Origin: Eledone cirrhosa
Lineage: Eukaryota
Length of the DNA: 64,000 nucleotides
NCBI GenBank assembly: GCA_964016885.1
Contig: OZ024741.1
Location: 80,848,001 to 80,912,000 of the forward strand
Reading direction: 5' to 3'
The notes beneath the pieces are model-generated. The model had not been told where the DNA came from. It saw only the letters and a program-made list of their open reading frames with translations, and made no database searches. A program made the position numbers and the translations under genes. Shown here one piece after another: positions 51,601 through 64,000 of the stretch (the stretch's first letter is position 1; each line of letters begins with the position of its first letter).

Positions 51601-52848
51601 CGTGCCTTGTCCAGCCAAAACGCTCTCCAAAATGGAGCGCGTGCTCTTCCAATTTCTTTGGAAGAAGCGGGCTCCTTTGGTGAGAAGATCCATCTGCTGC
51701 CAACACCCTTCTAACGGAGGGCTGGGGATGCCGTGGTTGACGATGCGCAAACACGCGCTCAGGCTGCGGCATCTCTACGTATTCCTCACCGGACAACCGG
51801 TGTGGGTCCCGTTCGTGAGGCGAGCCTTCCCACGACTCGTATCGCTGACCGAGCTGCAGTCCTGCGTCAAGCAAAGACCGAGGAAAATGGGCGACTGGCA
51901 CATCGAATGTGCTCAGGCGCTCACAGCCCTCTGGCAGGCGGACCCGGCGATCAGTGGAGACTCCACTTCGTCATTCTATAGAGGGTTGATCCGCAGCAAG
52001 TGCGACGACGCACTCGGTGAAACTCTAGGCGTAGAGGAAGATGAACTGGCCAGTCTGTTCGGTAGGACCTTCCGCCCGGGACCGATGGACAACTTCCAAA
52101 AGTCCTTGGCCTGGCAGTGCTACCGAGGAGCTCTACCAGTTCGAGACAAGCTCTACAGACATGGGCGCCCGGGCAGGGACCCTACAAAAAAGATCTGTCC
52201 GAGGTGTGTGCGTAACGAAGAAACCGTCGCGCACGCATTAATACACTGCCCGAGCGTCACTGACTTGTGGGGCTATGTAGAACGACTATTGTCATGGGTG
52301 GGACCAATCCGGTTGACCACCGAGTCCATTGTCATGATCAAACCGCCACCCTTTTCAAAAACGAAGGAGAGGCGGTTTTCCTTTGTGTGATAGCTATGGC
52401 GAAAGAGGTTGTATGGTGGACAAGGTTGAAACGGCTGAGGTCAGACACCTTTCTCTCCGGCCAACAACTGATTCTTTTTTTCAAATACCACTTTGGAAGA
52501 AGAATCAGGATGGAGAGTGAGGTGCTGTACCCCAGCAAGTTTTATGAAAGGTGGGTGAAAGTGGCGAGAATGGCCCGAGTGAATGGGCCTTCTCTCTATA
52601 TCAGCCTGTAGGTTGAGGAAAAGGAGGAGGAGAGGAAGGAGTACAAACTCTTCGTACTCCTGGAGATGAGGGTTTCACATTTTTTCGGGGGTATGTGTTA
52701 CCCATATGAACTGTCTCCCCCTATTGGGGAAAATCGACTAATTTTTTAAATTGCATTTGTGATAACATTTTACACGTTTTTATTGTATGTAAACTTTCCC
52801 CTTTGTATTTGTCCCCTTCTTTTGTGCCCCTGTGGCTAATAAAGAAAC
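48636..52848 (+). mobile_element. Tx1-like copy I, 5'-truncated in ORF1, (ATCT)n on both flanks
   Basis: ORF1 C-terminus to 49187; ORF2 fragments 49221-52611 with APE and RT motifs; 3' end gcccctgtggctaataaagaaac + atatct. Confidence 0.88.
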
Positions 52849-53204
52849 ATATCTATCTCTTTATCTATCTATCTATCTTTATTACAATCCACCCCTATCT
52901 CTCTGTATCTCTTTAAATACAACTTGATTCTCTTTGATGTCTATTGTGTTATATTTACACATTTTTCTCTTACTTTTTCTTTTCCCCACCGATTCCCCAC
53001 AAACCTATCTACTCCCACCATCCCGCATCATCCAGATCCTTTGACATGCATAATTGAAATGCTATTCGCTAACTGTAACCATTTTACATTAGCTGGTGGA
53101 ATAGATTCTCCCAAAAAGCTAAGCCAAAAAAAAGAGGAAAAAAATCAATGAATATTATTATAATAATAATAATAAATAAATAAGCACCTTACGAAAACAA
53201 ACAC

Positions 53205-53985
<781 letters not shown>

Positions 53986-54480
53986 TCATAAATAAAAAAA
54001 GGAATATGAATAATGGGAAAATAAATGAAACATAAAGGGAGAGAATCCACACATTTTGAATGGAGATACTGAAAATGGTTGTTGTGAATTTGATTCAGAC
54101 TTTACTACAAAAGATCTCTCACTGCATGGCGGCATAAGTGATTGGGAAATCGTTCAAAAGAAAGTTGAATAACAACAACATTTATCATTATTATTATTGA
54201 TATTCTTAATATATTTATTATTGTTGTTGTTGTTATAACTTTATTATTATTACCATTGTTGTTGTTGTTGTTGTTATATGCAATTGCATACCATCTTCTC
54301 TATGTACCTATTTATCTATCTACATATTTCTCAATAACTCTATTTATCTACCTATCCATTTATTTGTCTGTGTCCCAGTCTCTCTCACCCTGACCTCTCT
54401 TTCTCTCTCTCTCTCTCACACACACTCACTCGCACACACACACACACTCGCGCGCACACACACACACACACATACACGCA

Positions 54481-54536
<56 letters not shown>

Positions 54537-54537
54537 A

Positions 54538-54568
<31 letters not shown>

Positions 54569-54598
54569 TGTATGTATGTATGTATATATGTATGTATG

Positions 54599-54705
<107 letters not shown>

Positions 54706-55513
54706 CTCTTTCGCTAAGTTAATCGCGTGTCAAGAAATAGCATGAAAGCGATATATTTCCTTTCCAAGAAGTCAGTCCTGCCTGGAATGGAAGAAAACAA
54801 ATTCAAGAACGAAATAATGGTTAGATGGATGGAAAGAAAGTGTTGGGGTGGGTGGTTGAAGGTGGGGGCGAATTATCTGTTAGTAGACAGAAGGTGGAAG
54901 TGAGGGCGTGTGGGTGATAAGGTGGGGCAGTTTGGTCGAGGAAGCTGTAGTTTGAGTGCAACAGATATTTTAACAGGGTGCGTGTCAACGAAACATTAAA
55001 AGTGTTTACTTAACTCAACCTGTCTTCAGTTTAAATAGCGACAAAAGCCGAGGAAAATGCTTGTCAATTGTTTGAATGGCGGGAAATAATTTCTTGTGGT
55101 TGTTGTTGCTGTTGTCATTATTGTTGTAGCTGCAATTGTTGTTGTTCTCGAGTTGTTGCTGTTTTCGTGTTGTTGCTTTTGCTCTGGTTGTTGTTGTTAC
55201 CGTTGCTATTGTTATTATCGATGCGGTTCTTATTGTTACAACTGTTTGTTGATGTTTATTATTATTGCTGTTGCTGCTGTTGTTGTTCTAGTTATTACTG
55301 GCGTTATTTTTTTGTTTGTTTTTGATTAAAGACGAGGAAATTGGAATCCGCAACCGTTTTATTTTCTTCTTCTTCTTCTTCTTCTTCTTCTTCTTCTTCT
55401 TCTTCTTCTTCTTCTTCTTCTTCTTCTTCTTCTTCTTCTTCTTCTTCTTCTTCTTCTTCTTCTTCTATTGGTAATACCAATAACAACAACAAGACCAGCG
55501 ATGACCCCACCAC

Positions 55514-55789
55514 GGCATATATGAATGTAGGGTGAATACCAGCAACCACGCCTTCACCTATATCGGAGCCACGGCTAATAAGTTTAAGGAACACTGGTAC
55601 AATCACTGCCACACCTTTAGGAGGGCGGATAAGAAGCACAGCACCGCCATCTCGGAACTAGTGTGGCGTCTCAAACAGGATAACGTAGAATTCACCATGT
55701 CATGGTCCAAGGTAGCATCGGCTCAACCATACAGAGAGGATGGACATGACTCGTGCGATTTGTGTGCCACAGTGTTACCAATGGCTTAA
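55514..55789 (+). pseudogene. GIY-YIG endonuclease remnant of a Penelope-like element
   Basis: Reads GIYECRVNTSNHAFTYIGAT..FKEHWYNH..TF..STAIS..VW.LK..W..CDLC. Confidence 0.8.
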
Positions 55790-56461
55790 TACTGACATAG
55801 ATGATACCACCACTACTGCGACGAACGGGATGGGTGTGGGCGGTGTTGGTGTTTGTTGTCGTTGTCATTGTTGTTGTTACTGTTTATGGTCATGGTGATT
55901 GGTACCACCAACTCTGTGTACCCACCTACCTCTAAACTCCTTTTTATTGCTTTGGCGTTATCGCTGTTTACGGTCAACAGGGTGGTACCGTCACTGCGAC
56001 GACTACGACCTGTATACACGACGCTGGTCTGTGTTTTTGCTGTTGTTGTCGTTTGTTGCTGTTGACGTTCTACGTGTTTTTAATGTAGCTGTTGTTTTAG
56101 TTGTTGTTGTCAATAGGGTGATGGTATCAGCACGACTATTGCGACCAGTGTGGATAACTTTGGTCGGCGGTTTTATGTTATTGTCATTGTTGTTGTTGTA
56201 GTTGTCGTTGTCGTTGTTGTTGTTGTCTATAGGTGGTCGTCAACTAAATGTATACCCCACCCCCTCAGAGTTCCTTGTGTTTCTTCCACTGTCTACTGGG
56301 TTTTGGTTGCACACGGTTCTTCGTTCTTTTCGTCTTTTTTCGTTGAAAGCTTTTTCTAACAAACGCGACGGCTGCCAAACCCTTCAAGGAACTCATATGT
56401 ATGCTGGGCGCACAGGCATTAGGACGTGTGTTTTCCTGCCAGCGGCATATCAAATATATCG

Positions 56462-56552
56462 ATCTTCATCTGAGGAAACCGTTCTCATAATCAACAGCAA
56501 ATGCATGAAGGACATCTCGATTGCATGGAGAACCGTAGAAATAATTATGATT
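56462..56552 (+). ncRNA. Degenerate hammerhead-like motif downstream of the GIY-YIG remnant
   Basis: CTGAGGA, gttctc..gagaac stem, GAAA taatta TG; cleavage base is G and stem I is weak. Confidence 0.35.
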
Positions 56553-56677
56553 AAACAATATATGTAACCTCAACATCTTATTTTATTATTTTTATAAAAT
56601 TCTCCATCGTAACTAAAACAACGATTGTTGAGAGCTTTCTCCTGCTTACTCCTGTTTTTACTAAAACTATCTTTTCC

Positions 56678-56734
<57 letters not shown>

Positions 56735-56750
56735 TATATGTGTGTGTCGG

Positions 56751-56789
<39 letters not shown>

Positions 56790-56908
56790 TATATGTGTGT
56801 GTCGGTTATATATATATATATATATATATAACCGACACACACACACGGCTAGATTACAGGGCATAAACAAACAGTAAACGTAAACTCAAATGCGCGCACG
56901 CACCCCAC

Positions 56909-57028
<120 letters not shown>

Positions 57029-57077
57029 GACGATGATTTCACTCCAAAGGCACTGGTCATACAAAGCTATACTACAA

Positions 57078-57196
57078 GGCGCATGAATTTGTGGTTAGAG
57101 TGTTGGGCTTGCAATCGAGAGGCTGTGAATTCGATTCCCGGACGGGGACATGCGTTGTGTTCTTGTATGCTCCAGTATACTCAGCTGTAGAAATGG
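57078..57196 (+). mobile_element. tRNA-derived SINE fragment
   Basis: ggcgcatg..gtggttagagtgttgggc..gaattcgattccc has box A/B-like motifs but no intact cloverleaf. Confidence 0.6.
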
Positions 57197-58121
57197 TGGC
57201 GTGGATATTTTTGCATATATTCTAGCCATTAGAAAAAGCAGAAATGAATGCTTCACATTCGAAAAAGGGATGACTCAACAAGAAGAAGGTGGTATGAAAC
57301 ATTGGCCCAAAGGGCTATGAGACTGAACCTGAAACCACACATGTGTGATGCGAACTTTCAAACCGCATATCCATGACTCTTGTAGAATGAGACAAACAAA
57401 CTTTAAGAAATAAAACATTACGTACCGATCGTTTTTATCAGAAAATTACACAAGAAAACAATAGTAATAAACTATAGTCCATTAGCTGAGATGCTAACGA
57501 GATTGCAGCTAGCTTAATTATATACAGAAGGAGTAAAGTGCTAACAGTACGCAATTCGTATATCACCTTTAATTATCAGAGAACAGAATTAATTTACTCA
57601 TGAATCCGCCCACTAGACCTGTCAACCTTACTAAAAGTCAATTAGATATACTTGCCCCAAAACATTTTAAGCAAAATAACTATCAAAATTTAAGAAACGT
57701 TTCATGTTTATATTATCAGAGATAAAGTGATTCAATCGCATCAATAATTATAAACTACAATATAAATTTCTCCAGCTTGATATTATAGACTATCGTCCTT
57801 CAATTATTAAATCTACTTTCAAAGCATTAACTTTCCCCTGAGTGAATCCGACTTAAATGCCATTATGCATGGAAGGAAATCGCTATTCTCTTTTGAAAAC
57901 AACCTGTGCGAGCAAACGAAAATGACAATTCTTCCTTTGATAATAGCAAAGGTTTAAAGGAACTGGTTTATGAAATAATTTGTCTTTATCCCATGAATCT
58001 GATATGTATTAAATAACATTTTTTCAGTGTTGCCTATAGCACGATAAACTTCGTTGTGTATAGGAAGAACACATGTAAACACATTATATTATTCTCTACG
58101 TACAAAGAAAACCTTAAGATA

Positions 58122-58168
58122 ATGCCATTCCGTGTTTCACAGCTAATTGGCTGTTCATCAGAAAAGAA
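58122..58168 (-). ncRNA. Degenerate hammerhead motif
   Basis: Minus strand: CTGATGA acagc caatta gctgt GAAA cacg GA; perfect stem II but U16.1 lost and stem I poor. Confidence 0.45.
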
Positions 58169-58323
58169 GTAATATATTCTTCCACTTACTGATGCAATTG
58201 CGTTGTCAAACGAATGCACTTTATGCGAATTAAACAGGCCATTTCATTCAAGATGTAGTTTGTCTTTGACAGCGGAGTGCCATGAATTCTCTTATGGAGA
58301 AAAAACATGTTGATGCATAGCTG

Positions 58324-58403
<80 letters not shown>

Positions 58404-58433
58404 GAGAGACGGTTTTATTCTACATCCCTATTT

Positions 58434-58510
58434 TATTCATTATACGTATTTCGACGAAGATGTAAGGTAGTTATATAATAACTGCCTTACACATTCTCGT
58501 CAGACAAACA
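58434..58510 (-). ncRNA. Hammerhead ribozyme, family D
   Basis: Minus strand: tgtttgt CTGACGA [long hairpin] GAAA tacgta TA atgaata. Confidence 0.85.
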
Positions 58511-58575
58511 TACAAACGAAATATAATATTCTGTTGATGTGTTATTCACCTCGCCGACCAATACACATATGTAAA

Positions 58576-58649
58576 TGTTTGTCTGAAGAGAACGTGTAAG
58601 GCAGTTATTATATAACTACCTTACATATTCGAAATACATATAACGAATA
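58576..58649 (+). ncRNA. Hammerhead ribozyme, family D
   Basis: tgtttgt CTGAAGA gaacgtgtaaggcagtta..taactaccttacatattc GAAA tacata TA acgaata. Confidence 0.85.
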
Positions 58650-58884
58650 ATATAGGATGTACAAATAAAACCGTCTCTCTTATTTATTGTAATAAAAGAC
58701 CGGCGGATGAACAAAATCGTGGAGTACTTCACGTCTGTTAAAGACTAAGTCGGCAGATTTTTAATCAACCAACTTTCTTCAATTGAATAAGTATCCATTG
58801 TAGAACAATCGTTTCAGAGAGCATAAATGTTAATGGATGTTATCTAACTCCATATCATTCGCCTTGAAAAAACACATCCACTCT

Positions 58885-58927
<43 letters not shown>

Positions 58928-58966
58928 ATATATGTATATATATATTTAATATAGATCATCAGGAGA

Positions 58967-59016
58967 GCTTTCCTGATGATTTCCTTCGAATGAAACAGTT
59001 CTAGTCCTGTAGAAGC
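58967..59016 (+). ncRNA. Hammerhead ribozyme, family B (element extends to ~59095)
   Basis: gctttc CTGATGA tttccttcgaat GAAA cag ttctagtc ctg TA gaagc; downstream sequence matches the reverse complement of ~39020-39100. Confidence 0.8.
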
Positions 59017-59621
59017 CATTTCTATATTAAATATTTATACTCTGCTATATATTGAGTACCTTACGTACTGTGGTTACTCCTGATTGAACCCGGGATGCAC
59101 ACACACACACATATATATATATATGCTGTGTCTGTGTCTGTGTGTACACACACATAGATATAGAAAGTAAAGGAAGACAAGCAGAATACAAGCAAACATA
59201 AACACTGGAACATGCTGGTGTTCACAAACAACAGTATACCATCATCCAACACCACCACAACTACAACCCACAATCCACCATACACCACTACCACCATCAC
59301 CCCACCACCACGACTATCACTACCATAAAACACACCCTCCACGACTTCACGATCTACCACTAGTCACAAAAAAGAAAGAAAAACCAAAGGGAAGCTGTCC
59401 AAATGGTTGGTAGATCTGCCAGAAATAGCGGTCAAATCTCATTGGAATTAGCAACTTCAATCTAAAAATAGAAGGACACAGTGTAGTCCTACAGACGCTA
59501 TCCAGAACAAATCAATGGCTGGAATATCTTTGATTAGATGTCTGTTAGATAAGGGTTGACCGGAGGCTAGACAACAGCAACAACAAAATCATAAAATTAT
59601 TTGTATATACAGACACATACA

Positions 59622-59723
<102 letters not shown>

Positions 59724-59929
59724 TGCATGTGTCTGTATATACAAATAATTATATATATATACTGTTTTTATTATCAATGCCAAAAAAAAACCCCCATCAT
59801 CGTCTCCATCATTATCAAGATCATAAGAAGAAGGAAACCTTTTAGGAAGATGATGGCGACAATGATGATAAACATTCCGGTTTCAGTGATGGTATCGCGT
59901 GACCAATAGAGGGCAATGTAAAACAACAT

Positions 59930-61880
59930 ACCAGCCAGCCAGCCAGCCAGCCAGTCATCCAGTCAGCCAGCCAGTCAAACAAACCACCGACCACCAACTA
60001 ACAAACCAGCCAGCCAACAAATGAACACCTCCCCCAAAAAAACACCAACCAACCAACCAGCCAGCCAACCAGCAAACTGACCAACCAACCAACCAGCCAA
60101 CCAACCAACCAACCAACCAACCAACCAACCAACCAACCAACCAACCAACCAACCAACCAACCAACCAACCAACCAACCAACCAACCAACCAGCCATCCAT
60201 CAAACCGACCAACCAACCAGCCAACTAACCAAGTAGCCAGCCAACCAGCAAACCTGCCAACCATCAAATCGACCGACCGACCAACCAACCAACCAACCAA
60301 CCTGCCAACCAGCAAACCAACCAACCAACCAACCAACCTGCCAACCAGCAAACTGACCAACCAACCAACCAACCAACCAACCAACCAAGCAACCAGCAAA
60401 CCGACCGAAAACCAACCAACCAACCAACCAACCAACCAACCAACCAACCAACCAACCAACCAACCAACCAACCAACCAACCAACCAACCAACCAACCAAC
60501 CAACCAACCAACCAACCAACCAACCAGACAACCAACCAACCAACCAACCAACCAACCAACCAACCAACCAACCAACCAACCAACCAACCAGCCATCCATC
60601 AAACCGACCAACCAACCAGCCAACTAACCAAGTAGCCAGCCAACCAGCAAACCTGACAACCAGCAAATCGACCGACCGACCAACCAACCAACCAACCAAC
60701 CAACCTGCCAACCAGCAAACTGACCGACCAACCAACCAACCAACTAGCCAACCAGACAACTAACCAACCAACCAGCCAACCAGCCAACCAACCAGCCAGC
60801 CAACCAACCAACCAGCCAATTAGCAAACCAACCAGCCAACCAGCAAATCGATCCACCAACCAACTAGCCAACCAACCAACTAGCCAAACAACCAACCAAC
60901 CAGCCAACCATCCAACCAACCAACCAACCAACCAACCAACCAACCAACCAACCAACAAACCAGCCAACCAACCAACCAACCAACCAACCAACCAACCAAC
61001 CAACCAACCAACCAACCAACCAACTAGCCAACCAACCAGACAACCAACCAACCAACCAACCAACCAACCAACCAACCAACCAACCAACCAACCAACCAAC
61101 CAGCCATCACTCAAACCGACCAACCAACCAGCCAACTAACCAAGTAGCCAGCCAACCAGCAAACCTGACAACCAGCAAATCGACCGACCGACCAACCAAC
61201 CAACCAACCAACCAACCTGCCAACCAGCAAACTGACCGACCAACCAACCAACCAACTAGCCAACCAGACAACTAACCAACCAACCAGCCAACCAGCCAAC
61301 CAACCAGCCAGCCAACCAACCAACCAGCCAATTAGCAAACCAACCAGCCAACCAGCAAATCGATCCACCAACCAACTAGCCAACCAACCAACTAGCCAAA
61401 CAACCAACCAACCAGCCAACCATCCAACCAACCAACCAACCAACCAACCAACCAACCAACCAACCAACCAACCAACAAACCAGCCAACCTACTAACCAGA
61501 AAACCAACCAACCAACCAACCAACCAACCAACCAACCAACCAACCAGCCAGCCAACTATCAACCAACCAACCAGCCAACCAGCAAACCGACCGACCAACA
61601 CCAGCCAACCAACCAACCAAGCAGCCAGCCAACCAGCAAACAAACCAACCAACCAGCCAACCAACCAGCCAGCCAACCAACTAGCCAACCAACCAGCCAA
61701 CCAACCAACTTGCCAGCCAGCCAGCCATTCAACCAGCCAGCCAGCCAGCCAGCCATTCAACCAGCCAACCAGCCAACCATTCAACCAATCCAACTAATCA
61801 GCCAACTAGCCAGTCAACCAACTAACCAACCAGCCAAGCAGCCAGCAAGTTAACCATTTTGCGAGCCAACCATCCAACCA
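59930..61880. repeat. (CCAA/CCAG)n satellite with higher-order blocks
   Basis: Marker agccatc..caaaccgacc..aagtagccag recurs at 60191, 60590 and 61102. Confidence 0.92.
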
Positions 61881-62200
61881 TTAAACTAACCCTTCCATTT
61901 GTTCATATCTTATTGTAAGGTAAGTTAATATAAAAACATTAGTGTGCAGCTTATGTGTACAAGTTGCACACATTGCACGTGATGTTGTGCATAAGTGCAA
62001 AGAAAAAGTAGAAGGGTAGGTGGCGAATCTTTTTTCTATTAGTAATTTGTATGTTGGTGGTGGTGGTGGTGGTGGTGGTGGTGGTGTTAGTGTTGCAGAG
62101 AAAAGTGATTCATTATATAGATGAACAAATAAAACAAAACAAACACAGGGATGCAAAAATACAAAGTCTTACTAGGAGCCCAATTATATATATGTATATG

Positions 62201-62285
<85 letters not shown>

Positions 62286-62330
62286 TATATATATATATAT
62301 ATATATAACTATATATATAACTATATATAT

Positions 62331-62439
62331 AAGCCATACAAAACTGAAAAGGTGGTCAAGAAAGCATTAACCACCCAAGCCAAAAACCAAATCAAGCTAA
62401 ACAGGTCAAAACAAAATAAATGATAAAAAATAAGTGTTA

Positions 62440-62515
<76 letters not shown>

Positions 62516-62624
62516 TAACACTTATTTTTTATCATTTATTTTGTTTTGACCTGTTTAGCTTGATTTGGTTTTTGGCTTGGGTGGTTAATGCTTTCTTGAC
62601 CACCTTTTCAGTTTTGTATGGCTT
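62331..62624. repeat. Inverted repeat with ~113-bp arms centred on (TA)n
   Basis: aagccatacaaaac...gttaacttt (TA)n aaagttaac...gttttgtatggctt. Confidence 0.92.
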
Positions 62625-62747
62625 CTTAACACATTGTTTAGCTCTGGTTTTTAACTATTGAGCACTTAGCCAGTATCATTTCTGATTTTTGCGTTTCGCT
62701 TCGCTTTTCCTGCCCGCCGAAAATGCGATTCTCGCTGAATCTTTATT

Positions 62748-62803
<56 letters not shown>

Positions 62804-62833
62804 ATCAAAAGATGGTTAAAAGAGTTTTCCATG

Positions 62834-62904
62834 TATTTTATTATGCGCATTTCAAAAACAAATATCATCAAGCAATAACATTTGCGTTTTCGTCAGATAA
62901 AATA
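62834..62904 (-). ncRNA. Hammerhead ribozyme, family A
   Basis: Minus strand: tattttat CTGACGA aaacgcaaatgtta..tgatatttgttttt GAAA tgcgca TA ataaaata. Confidence 0.85.
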
Positions 62905-63013
62905 GGGAGACATGATATGAAGGTTAAAACACACTTGTGAATAGTGCAGTTTTAAATCAACATATAAATTGCACTATTCACAAGTGTGTTTTAACCTTCA
63001 TATCATGTCTCCC

Positions 63014-63083
63014 TATTTTATCTGAAGAAAACGCAAATGTTATTACATCATGATATTTGTTTTTGAAATGCGCATAATAAAAT
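63014..63083 (+). ncRNA. Hammerhead ribozyme, family A
   Basis: tattttat CTGAAGA aaacgcaaatgtta..tgatatttgttttt GAAA tgcgca TA ataaaat. Confidence 0.85.
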
Positions 63084-63340
63084 TCATGGAACTCTTTTAA
63101 CCATCTTTTGATCTTATATATTATTATTTATACTCCAATCCTACAAACTGTATAGTGCTACTTATCCAATATTTGCATTGCTTTATTGTACTACAATAAA
63201 ACTCACCTCCTACATATATATATATATAATATATATGGGATGACGCTGGTACGATGTGTGTATTTTTTTTTTAAATGCAACACGTGCTTCTAGTGATTCA
63301 CAGACTTGCATTTGCTGTGTAAACACAGATAGTTAAATCT

Positions 63341-63434
63341 TCTCTTTTGCTGACGATACGGGATTTGACTACTGTGATTTACCGATTGATGGTGAAATAT
63401 ATTTCTTTAATTAGTGAAATATATACAAAGGAGA
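63341..63434 (+). ncRNA. Hammerhead ribozyme candidate, singleton
   Basis: tctcttttg CTGACGA ... GAAA tata TA caaaggaga; 9-bp stem I, palindromic stem III, stem II poorly paired. Confidence 0.65.
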
Positions 63435-63671
63435 TTAATCATTTTTGAAGTTCTCGTTAAACTTTAATTAGTTACCTATCTAGCTGTGTGTGCTTTCACT
63501 CTTTACAAATTATCTCCTGTGATTGTTTCATATGTTTATTTTATATATATATATGTCAATCGATTTCTAGTTGGTATAAATGCTCAGATCTATTCATTGG
63601 AATCTTTGAGCATATTCTACAAAGGCTATGGCACATGTCTCTCAGACATGACACTCTTAATTTAATTTTGG

Positions 63672-63719
<48 letters not shown>

Positions 63720-64000
63720 AATTTATATCTAGTAACATTTATATACACACAGATGCATATCAATGCTAGCAAATATATAGGTTTTGTCTTATTAACAATG
63801 TGGTTCAATGCATGGGGTTGCAGAACAATAATAATAATATGAGAGACGTAAAATAAGAAAATTATAAAATTAACTTACTTACTAAAATCCAGTCCACGCT
63901 TCGCTATTTCCATTCCACTGAATTATTTTTTAAATAAGTTTCCAGTGTCCTCGCTATGCCTGGAGACCTATACGGAAAAAGACTTTCCTGATGACGGAAT

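Noticed and set aside
59930-61880. CRISPR array or telomere
   Set aside because: No constant repeat with unique spacers, no cas genes, and the unit is CCAA rather than TTAGGG or TTAGG

Overview
Eukaryotic, gene-free, repeat-saturated window. The SINEs and microsatellite density suggest a mollusc, probably an octopus-like cephalopod (inference). No host gene, rRNA, true tRNA gene or CRISPR array was seen. Bases 1-33 kb are a chain of non-LTR retrotransposons joined by (TAA/ATT)n tracts: four R4/Dong-like RT+restriction-like-endonuclease copies and four Tx1/L1-like copies (zinc-knuckle ORF1, APE-RT ORF2). Bases 43-53 kb hold related Tx1-like copies ending in (ATCT)n. The (TA)n-rich regions at 33-41 kb and 55-64 kb look empty in the ORF track, but they contain about 14 well-formed and 3 degenerate or partial type I hammerhead ribozyme motifs. 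These fall into four multi-copy families plus singletons, sit in short non-coding elements, and four times occur as back-to-back inverted pairs. One is a ~437-bp tandem unit that starts almost at its own cleavage site (retrozyme-like), and a Penelope-like GIY-YIG remnant lies nearby. A second lead is a 5' splice-donor consensus at the ORF1 stop of five Tx1-like copies. All coordinates and base pairings were read by eye; element 5' boundaries are approximate.
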